64,000 nt of DNA. Origin: Phoronis australis. Its lineage: Eukaryota > Animalia > Phoronida. The notes below the pieces were generated by a model that saw only the letters and a list, made by a program, of their open reading frames with translations, ran no database searches and had not been told where the DNA came from. Location: positions 1 to 64,000 of the forward strand of contig NMRA01000501.1 in assembly GCA_002633005.1 (NCBI GenBank), read 5' to 3'. Position numbers and translations under genes: made by a program. Every line of letters starts with the position of its first letter. Within the stretch, counting starts at the first letter, position 1. This document shows, in pieces, positions 25,754 through 38,600 of this stretch.

Positions 25754-26549
25754 NNNNNNNNNNNNNNNNNNNNNNNNNNNNNNNNNNNNNNNNNNNNNNN
25801 NNNNNNNNNNNNNNNNNNNNNNNNNNNNNNNNNNNNNNNNNNNNNNNNNNNNNNNNNNNNNNNNNNNNNNNNNNNNNNNNNNNNNNNNNNNNNNNNNNNN
25901 NNNNNNNNNNNNNNNNNNNNNNNNNNNNNNNNNNNNNNNNNNNNNNNNNNNNNNNNNNNNNNNNNNNNNNNNNNNNNNNNNNNNNNNNNNNNNNNNNNNN
26001 NNNNNNNNNNNNNNNNNNNNNNNNNNNNNNNNNNNNNNNNNNNNNNNNNNNNNNNNNNNNNNNNNNNNNNNNNNNNNNNNNNNNNNNNNNNNNNNNNNNN
26101 NNNNNNNNNNNNNNNNNNNNNNNNNNNNNNNNNNNNNNNNNNNNNNNNNNNNNNNNNNNNNNNNNNNNNNNNNNNNNNNNNNNNNNNNNNNNNNNNNNNN
26201 NNNNNNNNNNNNNNNNNNNNNNNNNNNNNNNNNNNNNNNNNNNNNNNNNNNNNNNNNNNNNNNNNNNNNNNNNNNNNNNNNNNNNNNNNNNNNNNNNNNN
26301 NNNNNNNNNNNNNNNNNNNNNNNNNNNNNNNNNNNNNNNNNNNNNNNNNNNNNNNNNNNNNNNNNNNNNNNNNNNNNNNNNNNNNNNNNNNNNNNNNNNN
26401 NNNNNNNNNNNNNNNNNNNNNNNNNNNNNNNNNNNNNNNNNNNNNNNNNNNNNNNNNNNNNNNNNNNNNNNNNNNNNNNNNNNNNNNNNNNNNNNNNNNN
26501 NNNNNNNNNNNNNNNNNNNNNNNNNNNNNNNNNNNNNNNNNNNNNNNNN
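25754..26549. other. Assembly gap
   Basis: Run of N. Confidence 1.
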
Positions 26550-28603
26550 TTGACTGACTAGTAAATGAAAGCAAACGACGACGGAACTTAACACAACCGA
26601 GGTAGAACAATGACTGACTCGGCAGCTCTCACAGTCAGACTATATGAAAAGAAATTGGCGCGAAATGCTTGCCTCCTAAAACGTCACTTCCGCAGTAGCG
26701 GACGAGTAATTAATAAAATTACGAAAAGCTGTAATTAAGTGGAAAATATGTCTAGGATAACCAACCAACCTTATTTTAGCTCAAAATGACATGGAAAAAG
26801 GTTGCCTTCGCCTTTCAGTAAAAGCTTCATTACTGCAAGGTAGTCACATGCTTACTTTGCCAATTCACGCATTTCCTTTGCAGGTATGTCTTTTTCTGGC
26901 ATGGTTTTTGCGTCGGACCGAATGCCTAAAAGAACGACAAGAGAGAAACTAAGTGTTTCGTCTGGGGCACGGCAAGCGGAGACGCGCCCGACGGATTACC
27001 GGAACAGTGGCCAGCGACCTAGCGGGTCTAGGAGATCAGGCTGGGAGTCGACTGAGATTTAGACGACAAAATGAAGTTTGTTTACGAAAAGAAACTGGAA
27101 ACTGAACCCCAATGTTCAGGCCAAAATGAAGCCACCGTTATCTTCAATTTCACCGATTGAAGAGAATGAAATTGGACTGCAAAAACCATGTTGGATTTAC
27201 TAACCAAGTCGACTTCCGTTTTAAATCTCCATTGACTCTTCCTCGTCTTTGCAGTACGTCTACATGGTAACAGGTCCCCATTCTCACGAAGTGTCACGGG
27301 GCAGGAAGTTGTTGAGGTGAAGTCAAAGACGCTATCTGTGATTCCCGAGGTCAGTCACCCGGCGTTCGGACAACAGTCAGGTTACGTGTCACCGCTGAGG
27401 CGGACTTCAGAAACTCCCAGCACTGGAGGGCCACCCGTTCCCTCCAATTCCGGTAGAAAGTCCGGTTCAATGACTTTACCCGACGAAGTGGCTACTGGGC
27501 CGTTACTTTAGGACTTCACCAAATCTGAGTTGAACGGAAAACTTTTCTGCGGTATTTTCTTTCATGCTTGTCGAATTTGAAGTTGATTCATGCTTTCCGC
27601 AACCAAGGTCACTCTGTGTTCCCCAAGTAGGGTAGCTGTCTCTGACGTCACGTCTCACTTCCCCTTCCACCGCATGTAGGTTCTAGACTGAAGTTGACAT
27701 CTCGAGTTCGAATGAAGTTTGCAGGTCGAATTTAGGGCTCATCAATCGAAAACTAGGATGTTGTATGCATAAACACGCGAGCTCCTACTCCTTGACACTT
27801 CAGTGGCAGATCTACCATTAAGCTAATGATGCACATGTATCTGGGGGCTCAGTGGATGTACCGGTATTTAAGGTGATATTTAGGGTCATTTGTACACAGC
27901 CCGGAACCGGAAGCAACAAATTGACCTAACAACATGCTACTCTTGTTAACGTTGGCTACGAGCGGCGTCGAGTGACCGAGGAGGCGTTGGGGGGAGCGAT
28001 AAGAGGTGGGCTAATTTTACATGTATCTCGGTGTTCTTGGTCCTACTATTAGGGAGATTCACACATTATGTCATCCAAAATTACCACTTTCACCCCCCCC
28101 CCTTCTCCTGTCATGACAAGTCACCATGATATAAACTCCCCTCCAGCCTTCAATATGGCATCACGGCCACCACCTGTTTTTGAAAGAACCGACAGCTCGT
28201 TGGAGATTCCGTCCTTTTTATTCTAATTACAAACCAATATCCTTTTAAAAAATCACAAGTTACAGTTACCGCTGTTGTATTGATCAATTAAATAAAGTAC
28301 GGGCGCCATGGATTTCAACTATCAAACCAAATCCTAACTAAACGGGGAAAACAATGTTTTAACAAAGGCGGCCTTTTTATGGTCCTACATATTTATCTGT
28401 ATATGGGTGCGTATGGCCGTCATCCACTGGCGCAGCCAGAACTTTTGAGTAGGTGGAACTAAATTTGGGAACCGATTATTTCCCACTTTGTATTACTTAG
28501 ATAATTACATTCATAATTATTTTAAAGTTTGTTACTTGTTTCGTCTTCGAAATATCGGTGCGTGATCGCTGTTCGATTTTACTGCAAATGAAATTTCTTC
28601 CCA

Positions 28604-28862
28604 CGAAAATAACAACGGTTTTAAAACTTGACATGTTTCGGTGTCATTTATTAAACACCATCCTCAGAAGTCATAATACAGTGGCCACCTAGCTAGGCCC
28701 AGCAACAAGTAATGAAGCACAGATACAGTCAGTTACAGGGAGTGACAATGAACTAGACCAACAATGACAACCTGTGGTGTGTCAGTTGCCTATTGNGAAA
28801 CATGTCAAGTTTTAAAACCGTTGTTATTTTCGTGAATATATGCTGTTACTTGCTATCATGGA
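28604..28862. mobile_element. Penelope-like retroelement insertion, interior collapsed at N 28796, with inverted partial pLTR
   Basis: 28602-28639 is the reverse complement of 28797-28834; 14-bp direct repeat gaaatttcttccca at 28590-28603 and 28863-28876; carries a hammerhead motif. Confidence 0.75.
28626..28671 (-). ncRNA. Minimal type I hammerhead ribozyme
   Basis: Minus strand ACUU-CUGAGGA-U-GGUGU-UUAAUAAAUG-ACACC-GAAA-CAUGUC-AAGU: core CUGANGA and GAAA, stem I ACUU/AAGU, stem II GGUGU/ACACC, palindromic ACAUGU stem III, GUC cleavage triplet. Confidence 0.8.
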
Positions 28863-31399
28863 GAAATTTCTTCCCAAATTCTATGAGAACGGTTTCAGAA
28901 GCCAACTGAGGCTTACGTGAGGACGTCAATTGTTCATTCAGGGCGCTCTAAGTCTGCAACTATCGGCTGTCTCGGGCACTCACTTTCGCACTCTAAATTT
29001 TACTTGTTTGTTGAAAAATGTTCAAGTTATCAAAGCTTACCCGCGCGCTGAAAAACTTTAATCTTTGAACTGAGAAGGTGGGGCCATTGCCCCCTTGTGC
29101 CCCACTGTGGCTACGCCGTCATCTCTCCGTCGTTTGCTGCTGTATCTTGTATGTCTTGGGGGATCTAAATGAGATTTGGTATTTGTGGGTATCTATAAAG
29201 CAGGCCTCGAATTTCTGACTACAACTCAGTTCCAAAGTAGCAATTTCAGTTTTTCATATTTGTCTCTGTATCTTTTGAGTTCTTTGATGGGTTTCCATGA
29301 AATGTGGCACATGGGTTTCTATTTAAAAGAAGACGATGACGCCTTCAAAACTTCCGACGAACTTAAGGTATTTTGCGCTACCTATTAGCCATTTATATTT
29401 TTGAGTACGTTTATCGTTAGCCTGTTTATCCGCTGAACAAAGTTCAAGGATCGACGACTTTTTAGACTGCAGTAAGTACCGCTGTGCCTGTAAGTGGCGG
29501 TTTTAGTTTACGTTTGCCTTTGTATATGTGGAGTCCCTCGATCTCGCTAGGCGGTGGCCTGCACGCAGTTATTACTCAGGAAGTTTTTTACACCGGCGTT
29601 TCTGATTGGCTGGTGGAATCCTCAACAGGCAGAGCTTTACGCAAATAAAATAGCATGACTGATGGAGGAAGTAGGCCTATAAATGTCGATTTGAATCCCA
29701 GAAAATGTAGTTGCGCCTTTTCGAAGAGCATCGTTCTAATGTCGCTGACTTTTGTTTACAATGCTGTCCGGTATCCATTCACTATGAATAACACACCGGT
29801 TAAATCAGCCAGATTTGTGTTTATTGCACATGTATGTGGTTCAAGCACGCGGCTACTTAAACATTACTGCAGAAACGAAATATTTGCTGCTACGCCAAAA
29901 ATCGTTCATGGTCCATGACTGTTGAAGTTACATCAACTGGCTAGCGGCACGCAGGGAACCAGCGACTGCTGTCCCTCCGTGGATTTTCATGAGTTTTGTC
30001 AGATAGGATTGTAATAGAGAGACGACGCGTTCCCAATTTCGGACGAGTTCGATGCTTTTTGCGCCATGTAATGGCCATTTTTTGTGATACTAAAACACTC
30101 CTTGAAGCACACCATTTGCGGTGCAGTAGGGGGTGCATTTCATCGCGCCGCATTGTTCTTGCAATATCAAATTACATCCGAGTCACTCTAGACTTCTATT
30201 AGTCCGTGACCAGTCTTCACTGAATCGGCAATCTTGAGAGCATACATGTAACTTGAGATCTAACAATGAAACTTGAGATAGTAAAACTAATATGACTTGC
30301 GTCGGTACTAAAATATATTAAAATATCCCCACGTATCGAGCGGTGCACTCTTTGTCAAGGGTGTGCTAAAGAGTCTATTTTATATTTTTATTCGTCAGTA
30401 ACTGCACGGCATTGCAACATCTATTAGATTTCAATGAAACTTGAGTTATAGCATGATAAAAAACGAAGCAAAACAACTCTGGTGTAGGGCCTGTACAGTG
30501 TAAGAATGAAAAAAAAAATCCTTTGCAACACTCCATATATGCGTAACAAGCTTGCAATGCAAATCCCATCCCCTACAAATCATGACCACGCCTTTCGCTG
30601 GACGTCCTGATCCGAGGCCTTAATGCACTTCGTCACTGCAGTCATGTAGTGGGGCTGTCGTTTGTCACGGTCTGCGAACATGTTTACAAGGTAAACCTAG
30701 TAAAATATCAAATCTTGGAAGCGTGAAACGGCAGGTCCCGGTTTTGGAATTGGTTAATTCGATGTCACCGTGAATCCAACCCCCTGCCCTCTCCCGTCAT
30801 AAATCGCAGTTTTTCCACATCCCCTCCCTCCCCTCGAGTTATGTGAACGCTCCCTTGTACTGATGATCAAATTATAGATCGCCACTGGACACTCATCTCT
30901 AGATCGTATTAGGTGCGTGCAAAACAAAAAGTTAATGATCGGCATTTCGTCTTGCGTGCTTTCAAAGACGGAGAGCCGAGAATTTTTCGGACACGTTTAT
31001 TAGTTCAACACGAAGTCCGACAAGTAAGCTTCAGTACAAAGATTTTGACGCTTGGCCGGTGTTCACTTCCCATTGTTTTACAGTTTCTTCGGCTGTTACT
31101 CAAATACGTTTTAAATAAATTAGACAACCTGTTACTTATTTATTATGTGTTAATCTCGTTATAACGCCGGATCGGAAAATATAACTTAAGTACTTGTGAA
31201 TCACAGTGATATAAAAGGGGACCGTGACTCTACACTGGAACTAATGAGACAATGTTAATCTTTGAAAAGGAGGGTCGCGATAGTTCTTTTGAGTCACAGA
31301 TTTTGAGAACCAGTTTTATGCTCGTTATTCAGAGCAGAAAACTGCTTCTCAGGCTCTCATAATCTGGAACCCCCGTAAGTGACTAAATGTGTTATCGAA

Positions 31400-34300
31400 G
31401 AGTGCATTTACCTTGCAGTCGTTGATAGGAAATAATCGGTGGCAACAAAATACAAGCCTCGTACATTACATTAATATGTATTTCAATAAGCCATCACAAA
31501 AATATACCACACATATTAAGCATAATATAAAATTGCCCGCTAGTACACAGATATGCACACAATCAAAGCAAAATGCAATTTCGTTTCAATACTTTGAAAC
31601 CCCTGACGACCCTGCGCCCATCATGCAGCGGCATTATCACAGTAACCCCTGGTTCCCATGGCATCAGACAATCTTGCCTGACTAATGTTGTCAATTGTGG
31701 AAAACCATGGAGATAAACTTTGACACCTTAAAAGCACACACAGCGCAACTTACAGGAGCACGTGACGTGGTGAGGAAGTGAATTTACAATCACTTTAGAC
31801 AAGTGGTTTTTAAACACATTATAGACTATGGACTGAGTGGGTTTTGCAGATTATTATTAGGTGCATAATGGCCACAGCGTGTTTAATTTATTCCACAACT
31901 TTGCGACTTATCATCTTCACTATTCGTCTGTACGTGCCTTTAAAACATGCCCTGACGAAACAAAAAGTCAGGTGTTCCACGTATTAAACATCAATTACTA
32001 AGACCTGAAACAACAGAGGTTTTGGTGTAACCACATTGGTAACTTGGCAAAATCATCAGGCTGATGCAGCAAAAAGGTATGCTGGTTTCCATAGTAATTA
32101 CGGCACTGCTTTGGACAGTTATAAACTAAATGCTTGGTGAAGTGAAACCCTCTAGGTGCAGACCCCAGGGTGAATATATTTAGTTTTAAAACATTCACAA
32201 AAATACAGCAAACCTTTACATTGATTTCTTGAACTACTGCATACACCTCGAGCCAAATGTATTTCTGTTACAAAAATGTCAGTCCACTGCTAAAGGTACG
32301 AGTTCATATATACATAATGACAAAATTCAACAACACAAATTGTGGTAGCCCACGAACTAGGTATGTTCACATGACACATTTGTTTTCATTAGGGTTCAAT
32401 AGTCGTCTCCAAAAGCACACATCTCAATATTTCTTGTAGCAGTGACACAAGTAAGTCATGAACCACTGAGGTCACTTTCCCACTTACTACAGCTTAATAT
32501 AAGGTAGAATAGCCGGAGAGTGACCTCAAAATACCATATGAATGGTAATAACTACGGCCAAGCTTAAAGACTCAACCCGCCTGCCAGTGAAGAAACGGGG
32601 ATGCTTGTGCACTGTCATCTACACAAACCCGAACCCAAAAAGGCCAAACCTACCGCCCTGCGAACATGCTGTGAGATAACCTAAACTAACAAACATGCAA
32701 AAGAATACAAGTAAAAAATAGCACTGTTTCAGAATATGAGCTACACGAATTTTCACCCGAGCCATTGAGTGTAAAGGGCACCCAAGTGACTGGGGAAACA
32801 GGAAGAATAGAGTGACATCTGGAAGCCAGTCCAGTTGGACAATTTGAGCCCAAGATCCAACAACCTAACTCGTGACTCCAACAAGCGCTTTTACACTACT
32901 CCAGTGTCAGGCCCTGTTGAATGCGTTTGATTTTACATTTAGTTTGTTTTGGCATTAAGTGGCAAGCCTACGAACAACTTAAATCATCCTGTATTACCTT
33001 GAAAGACTCAACGCCAAAAAACATTTACATTTGAATTGGACTACATGAACTTAATGTTATGACAATGATCGCAATCTATACTTTACTCAGGTTTGATGGC
33101 TTCTGTGATTGGTAAGAAACGAAAAATTGTTGTTTAAGAAGACTTATGTCAACATTTGAGAGCAGTCACTTTGCGTTATGGATGCATAGGGTTATCATCC
33201 AAAATGGAATGGTTCCACACCTGAACATTAGATGGAATTACTAGTTGGTGTTTAGCAGCTTAAGCCTGTTGGACTCAGAAGTTCTGTGTTGGATCTTTAG
33301 CCTTGGTGTAACCACAGAACATACAACCAAGCCCACGACAAGAACACAAACTGACTATACCTACCACCCTAAACAAACACAAAATCACTTGTACCCCTTA
33401 AGTCCAACTTCAACTGCTCTGAAATACGGACCAAACAACTTGAAAACGGGCACCAAAACAACACCGAAACTCGCACAAGTCGGATCTGCGTCACTCTGCT
33501 TAACTCAGACAAGTTCCATGATGCTACTGCTCCATTGTGTACATTGCCCTTACAGATACACGCATAAAATCTATGGGTCTGGTTGGAAATGGCTTGTGCG
33601 AGTTTAAGGCAATTTCATTATCAACACAATTTGACTGACAATACAATTGTGAAATGTTAATAAAGCCAGGTTGGTTAATCAAAACATAGAAATTTGAACT
33701 GCAATACAATATCAATATCCAGTAATGAAATAAATAAAGCCTTCTGTGATGACTAGCTTAACTTACCAGTAACTCAATGTTACATAACAGTCTGACTAGA
33801 TTTTTAACTCAAAGGAAACCCTTTCTGGATGTGCTGATTCTCTCATTTCTTTCTAATCAGTACCACCTACCATAAAATACATTAGATTCCACCATTCTTG
33901 AAATTCTATCCTTTGTATACTCTAAATGCAAAGGACTGTCAGTATACAGAGAGCTCATGAAATGCATGACTTTCAAGCAAGACCGGTGACCGCACTCAGT
34001 CTAGTTAAAATTTGGACACAACAAAAAACCACAAAATATGTTTGAGTTATAAAAACACTAAATCATTTGTTGCTTCTTTTTAAAAGAATCTAAAACAAAA
34101 AATAAAACACTGTAGTTGATGTATTCCATTGGAAACAACTCCGTTTAATTGACCACAGGCAGAGATCCAAGAGCCAAATATGGTTTCTTTCAAACTTCAC
34201 CTTCCCAGCCACAATCAGCCAACATCTTGATTTCCATACAACACTACTTCACCAAAACCTTTGACCCTTTAATTCAACTCATTTTTTTGAAATTGAACAC

Positions 34301-35566
34301 TATTTGAGTGCATAAAATGTTATATACACTAGACATCTTTGTTCCATTCATCCCTCACTCCCAAAACCTTACAAAAACACTTGCAAATGAAATGCACTTT
34401 TATGGTATACACATTTTAAATAGAGGTAATAAACCTCAGAACAGATTTCACCAATTAACAAAATCTCAAATCGCTCTTCCTGAAGATGGTGGCTGATTGT
34501 GGCTGAAAGTTATTCTGCGCCATCGATTGGTGAGACACAGGACTACCATAATCATACGCCAACTGTATGATACAAACGGAGAGAAAAGCCACTCAATACA
34601 ACAAAAACAATGGAAAACCAAAAATAGAAATACACAAAAGCAAGGAAAAGATTTGGAAGAAACTTAAATGAATATCGACCACAATAAAGCAATGTTTAAA
34701 AGGCAAACAAGTTGTGCACGGTGACTCAAGAGTCCAGCAAGTTCAAATGTGAACAGAAGGCAGGCCCACTCAAAGTGACCCCTGACCAATAACACTTTTC
34801 CCGAAAAAAAATGTTCTTAGAGAAGTAAACTACAGTACAAGTTCAAAAGACAACAGTTACAAAGCCTGATCTCAACTACACTTAAACATACACAGGATTC
34901 CTAGTGGTTGAAGGCCTAATGCACCAAGCTTGAAGAGAGATTTTCGACATTCAAACACAAATTTTTGAATAAGACAACTACGCAACTTCTACAAAATTAG
35001 CCTCGACTTATATCCGACTTGGATTGCAAATCATTTCAGAGGCTTGCTTCTTGTAAAAGGACTTAAGACTTAAAGTATTATACTTCACATAACCGTTACT
35101 AAAAATAATTTGAGAAAAAACGCCACGTTTAAAATTCCCCCATAACTGCAAGTTACTGAGAGAATTTCTACGAACTGTTTTTAGATTGCGATGCACTCAC
35201 AACAACTTAGCTAAAGCTTTATTTAGCAATTGTGAAGTGCGGAGCTTAAGACCAAATTCTGCCCTAAGTCACTTTTCATGAAACAGAACAAGAAAGTTAG
35301 TTGTCGTTTTATTTTACTAATCAATGTGACTGTAGTTCACCAAGGATAGACTGAGTGGTAGCTGGTGTTAACATTTGGTACATTAAGCCTTTAATAAGGA
35401 ACATTATACCCCCGGCAAACTAAATGCTAAGCTTGGCTCATGATGACATAAAAAATTCCCCACGTATAAACGTGTCACACACGCCTTGAGACCAATGTAG
35501 ACTTCGTCTACGCAAGGACAGATTCATGACGTTTACTAGGACACGGTACACCTTGAACCCTGGACT
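31400..35566 (-). other. Putative long 3' UTR of Pbx; end uncertain
   Basis: About 4 kb nearly free of recognisable transposons and U-rich in mRNA sense. AATAAA (plus-strand tttatt) occurs near 35308, 35218, 31887 and 31139. Confidence 0.4.
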
Positions 35567-35668
35567 TTACACCTTTGACCTTTTAGATGATGGTTCGTCG
35601 TTAGAGTCATAGTCATCGTAACTTCGATCATGCGAATCAGGAGAAGTGTTCTGACTACCATCCCCAGC
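35567..35668 (-). CDS. Pbx: Probable last coding exon of Pbx: [33 protein letters not shown]
   Basis: Strong acceptor gttttgtttcag, phase 0, open to TAA at 35569-35567, followed by long sequence that is U-rich in mRNA sense. Confidence 0.7.
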   Translation of the reverse strand, partial: AGDGSQNTSPDSHDRSYDDYDSNDEPSSKRSKV

Positions 35669-38600
35669 CTGAAACAAAACCATTACTTGAAACATTGTAA
35701 CTATGGTTACAGTCACACTACAATGGCGTTAGACTGCTTTGAACTTGTGCTCCTATTTAACATTTCATTCCACATGTCCCAAATTAATAAAAACAAAACG
35801 CTTTGGTTAAGGGTCAATGTAGCCCGAATCAACCATAAGTATCAAGCATCCGGAAGGAATTTGAACGGAAAATCGAGCGTTCTCATAGACTACAAGGTAT
35901 GCGACCTTCAAATAAATTGCGGATGGGATGGGCCCATCCAGCCCACTTTCCAGGCACGGCTACAAAAATGACGTACGTTTTCAGAATGGTTTCAAATATT
36001 TGTCCCCAGGAAATCGTGGTCCCAGATTTGCCAGTGATTATGAGGCATGGGACCCTTGAATAGGACATTGAGGATTTGAGTAATCACTGCACAAGTGTAC
36101 AAGTCGTGTAACTGAAAATGAACTTTATCTACAACTGTGCATTTCACAACCGATAAGGTTAAGTGGGAGGGTGCTTTCAATATTTTTTCGACGAAATCCA
36201 AATCATGTAAAAAGTCACCAATGACTCGTGAAAAGCCCACATTCTGTTGAATGGAGAGTTCTTGAACACACATGCCTCTACATTTTTCCCATGGCATATC
36301 TGTAAAACATTATCTTGCACATTTTTGGGAAAAAAAAACTAAATTATGCAGCAGGTTTCCCACTGAAAAATGAGCTTCTGTGCCCCAAACAAAACACAAA
36401 CTTGGGATTTGACAGAAACACAAAATTGCAATCTAGCTCTCGGCAGAAACTGAGTTAACTATAAATTTTTTGACCAGATCAGAAGCCTGAGTCAGTGTTC
36501 ACAAAGGAATCCTATCAGCAGTCTTGCAACAGGTTAAAAGCATTTACTTCCATCGCTTTGCATCAAAGTCAGGGACCAAATGTTCATTCTTTATTCTGGC
36601 CAGTCGCATGATCATCGAGGGTGGAGAAAGTCTTATTACAGATGAGGTCATGAGAATATAGCGTTAACTTGGTCAGCAGATCAGCCAGTAAGTAAGAGAA
36701 TAGATGAGATGTCCTACAGCCATTCATGTCTAATATCTTATTGGACATGTGGCGTTTGGATATCAAAAGGATGGTTGGGGGACGGGTCTGGATGGCGGGT
36801 GTGTCATCTACCTTATGGCTTCCTGCCCCTTCCTCATATCCAGACTCCTCCTTTCCGCCGTTCCATCAAAAAGCCATGTGTTGCAATGTAAAATTTTCTC
36901 AGACATTGGATAATAGACAAGACTGAATCTTTTCGCCCAACGTCCAGTTTAAACCAATACAGGGATGAATGACATGAGCAAACTTAGTAATACAACACCA
37001 TTGGATGGAAATGCGCAAAATAACAAAACGAGAATTGCTCAACAAGAGCGAGTCTGCCAGTATCGCACGAATTAAACAAGCGAGTGGTTAACACACACTG
37101 GTCAGAGGCGCAGGTCACAACATCTGTCACAACATGCCCATTGGAAGAAACAACTTTTATTTTGTAATTTGTAACAAATAATAAATGTAGATAACAAAAT
37201 TCTTAATACACTGAGAGGTTGAACGTATTGTCTTATTATTGAAACAAACCTCCAGGTCACAATTTGCCTTGACTTTTACTCTAAGCAACTATATTATAAA
37301 CTAGTATTCTCTCCAAGAAGCCATCTTTTGACTTCCACCACCAACCACTATGAAATTGGTCTCAACGCGTTCCTTACAAAGATAAGAATTGGTTCCCGGG
37401 TTTGCAAAGGGTCGACAGCTCGTTACTTGGTGAACTAAACTTGGCACATACTCGATAAATATAAGACCTAATTGTCATTCAGCTATTTTGTTGGTGCACC
37501 ACCTGAAATTCAATTAACTTGAGAGCATTTTATGTTGCGACAAAAATTATGGCAAATTGAAAGAGTTTGATTGAAATTTTTTGTTGCGAAATTGCCTGTG
37601 CATCAAAATTTGAAAACGAAATCTTTAACTAAATGCAGACAAAAGGCGAGTGTTCCATGGAGGTAAGTTAGGGACAACATAGGTGACCTGCGCCCAGACG
37701 TAAAGTAACACAGCAGGCCGACAAGCATGACATACCATGTCTCCTGTGGACGTGGGAAGCCTGCCCTGTGTGTACGGTGCATGCATTCCCGACACCTAGA
37801 AGGCAAGAAAGCACACTGCCGTTAGTCTAGATAAGAAGCACTCTAGTGAAACGTGCGCACGCGTTTCACAAAAAATGCCAGCTCTTTCATCGAAGCAAGG
37901 TGTCTCATCTTAATCCTCCCTCTACAGTACAAGCAAAAAGTATTCAGACAAAATAACCCAGAATTCTCTGACACGAGGTCAAATTCATCACAAGAGTAGA
38001 CTTTCCTTGTGACTAAGAATGAACGGCAATGAACAGGAACAACAGTAAGGTGGCTAATCAGCAATCAGAATTTCGCTGCCCTAACAGTCATTACAAGTCA
38101 TTTTGGCTGGTAACAGTTGTCATGATAGGAAAATGGTATTTTGTACGATTACTTTTGTCTTGTGTACGTTATGCCTGAACTGCAAGAAGACGCAAGTGGC
38201 CAGAAAATCCAAGCTTAAAGTCGCATTTCGCCCGTTTCCATGGTTTTGATGTTGTTGTTGGTAAAATGTAAACAGAATTCTATCACGGTAAGGAGCACAA
38301 TAAGACCAATTTCACGAGAGTAAAACGCCGAATTCGATTTTCATTTTTAACAGGCCAAACAGGGCGAAATGTCATTTTAATGTTACCGCATCTATCTTAC
38401 TATGACGCCGACCAATGTTAACTACTACAGTTTGGGCCTGTTCCCAGAAACTGACTTAAGAGATTCGTCTCAAGTTCCAAACTTTGAAACTTCCCCATCC
38501 GGTAAGTTAGTCAAACTTAAGACAAAAACTCAAGTCTAATTTAAGATCCCTTTCTTGGAGCGAAATTGAGACAAATTGAAATTGAATCAAATTTAAGATT

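Larger units (their letters stand above)
25394..26813. mobile_element. Second locus of the same Kolobok-like family; two left ends facing each other across gap 25754-26549
   Basis: 25394-25753 is the left end plus THAP N-terminus; 26550-26813 is the reverse complement of the left end, including non-TIR subterminal sequence. Confidence 0.85.

Noticed and set aside
20461-26610. Long 230-320 aa ORFs in the ORF track
   Set aside because: Their length comes from N runs; only the short THAP and acidic starts are real sequence.
26880-27510. GC-richer stretch after a cag acceptor-like site as a coding exon
   Set aside because: Stops interrupt all plus frames and no recognisable protein motif is present.
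29990-30150. Possible THAP-like remnant on the minus strand (PYCTANG...YHKKWP...LVRNW)
   Set aside because: Lacks the second Cys and the CSxHF motif, contains a stop, and no TIRs were found.
34480-34520. Second hammerhead-like string CTGAAGA-TGGTGGC...GTGGCT-GAAA
   Set aside because: Stem II pairs poorly and no stem I or convincing stem III can form.
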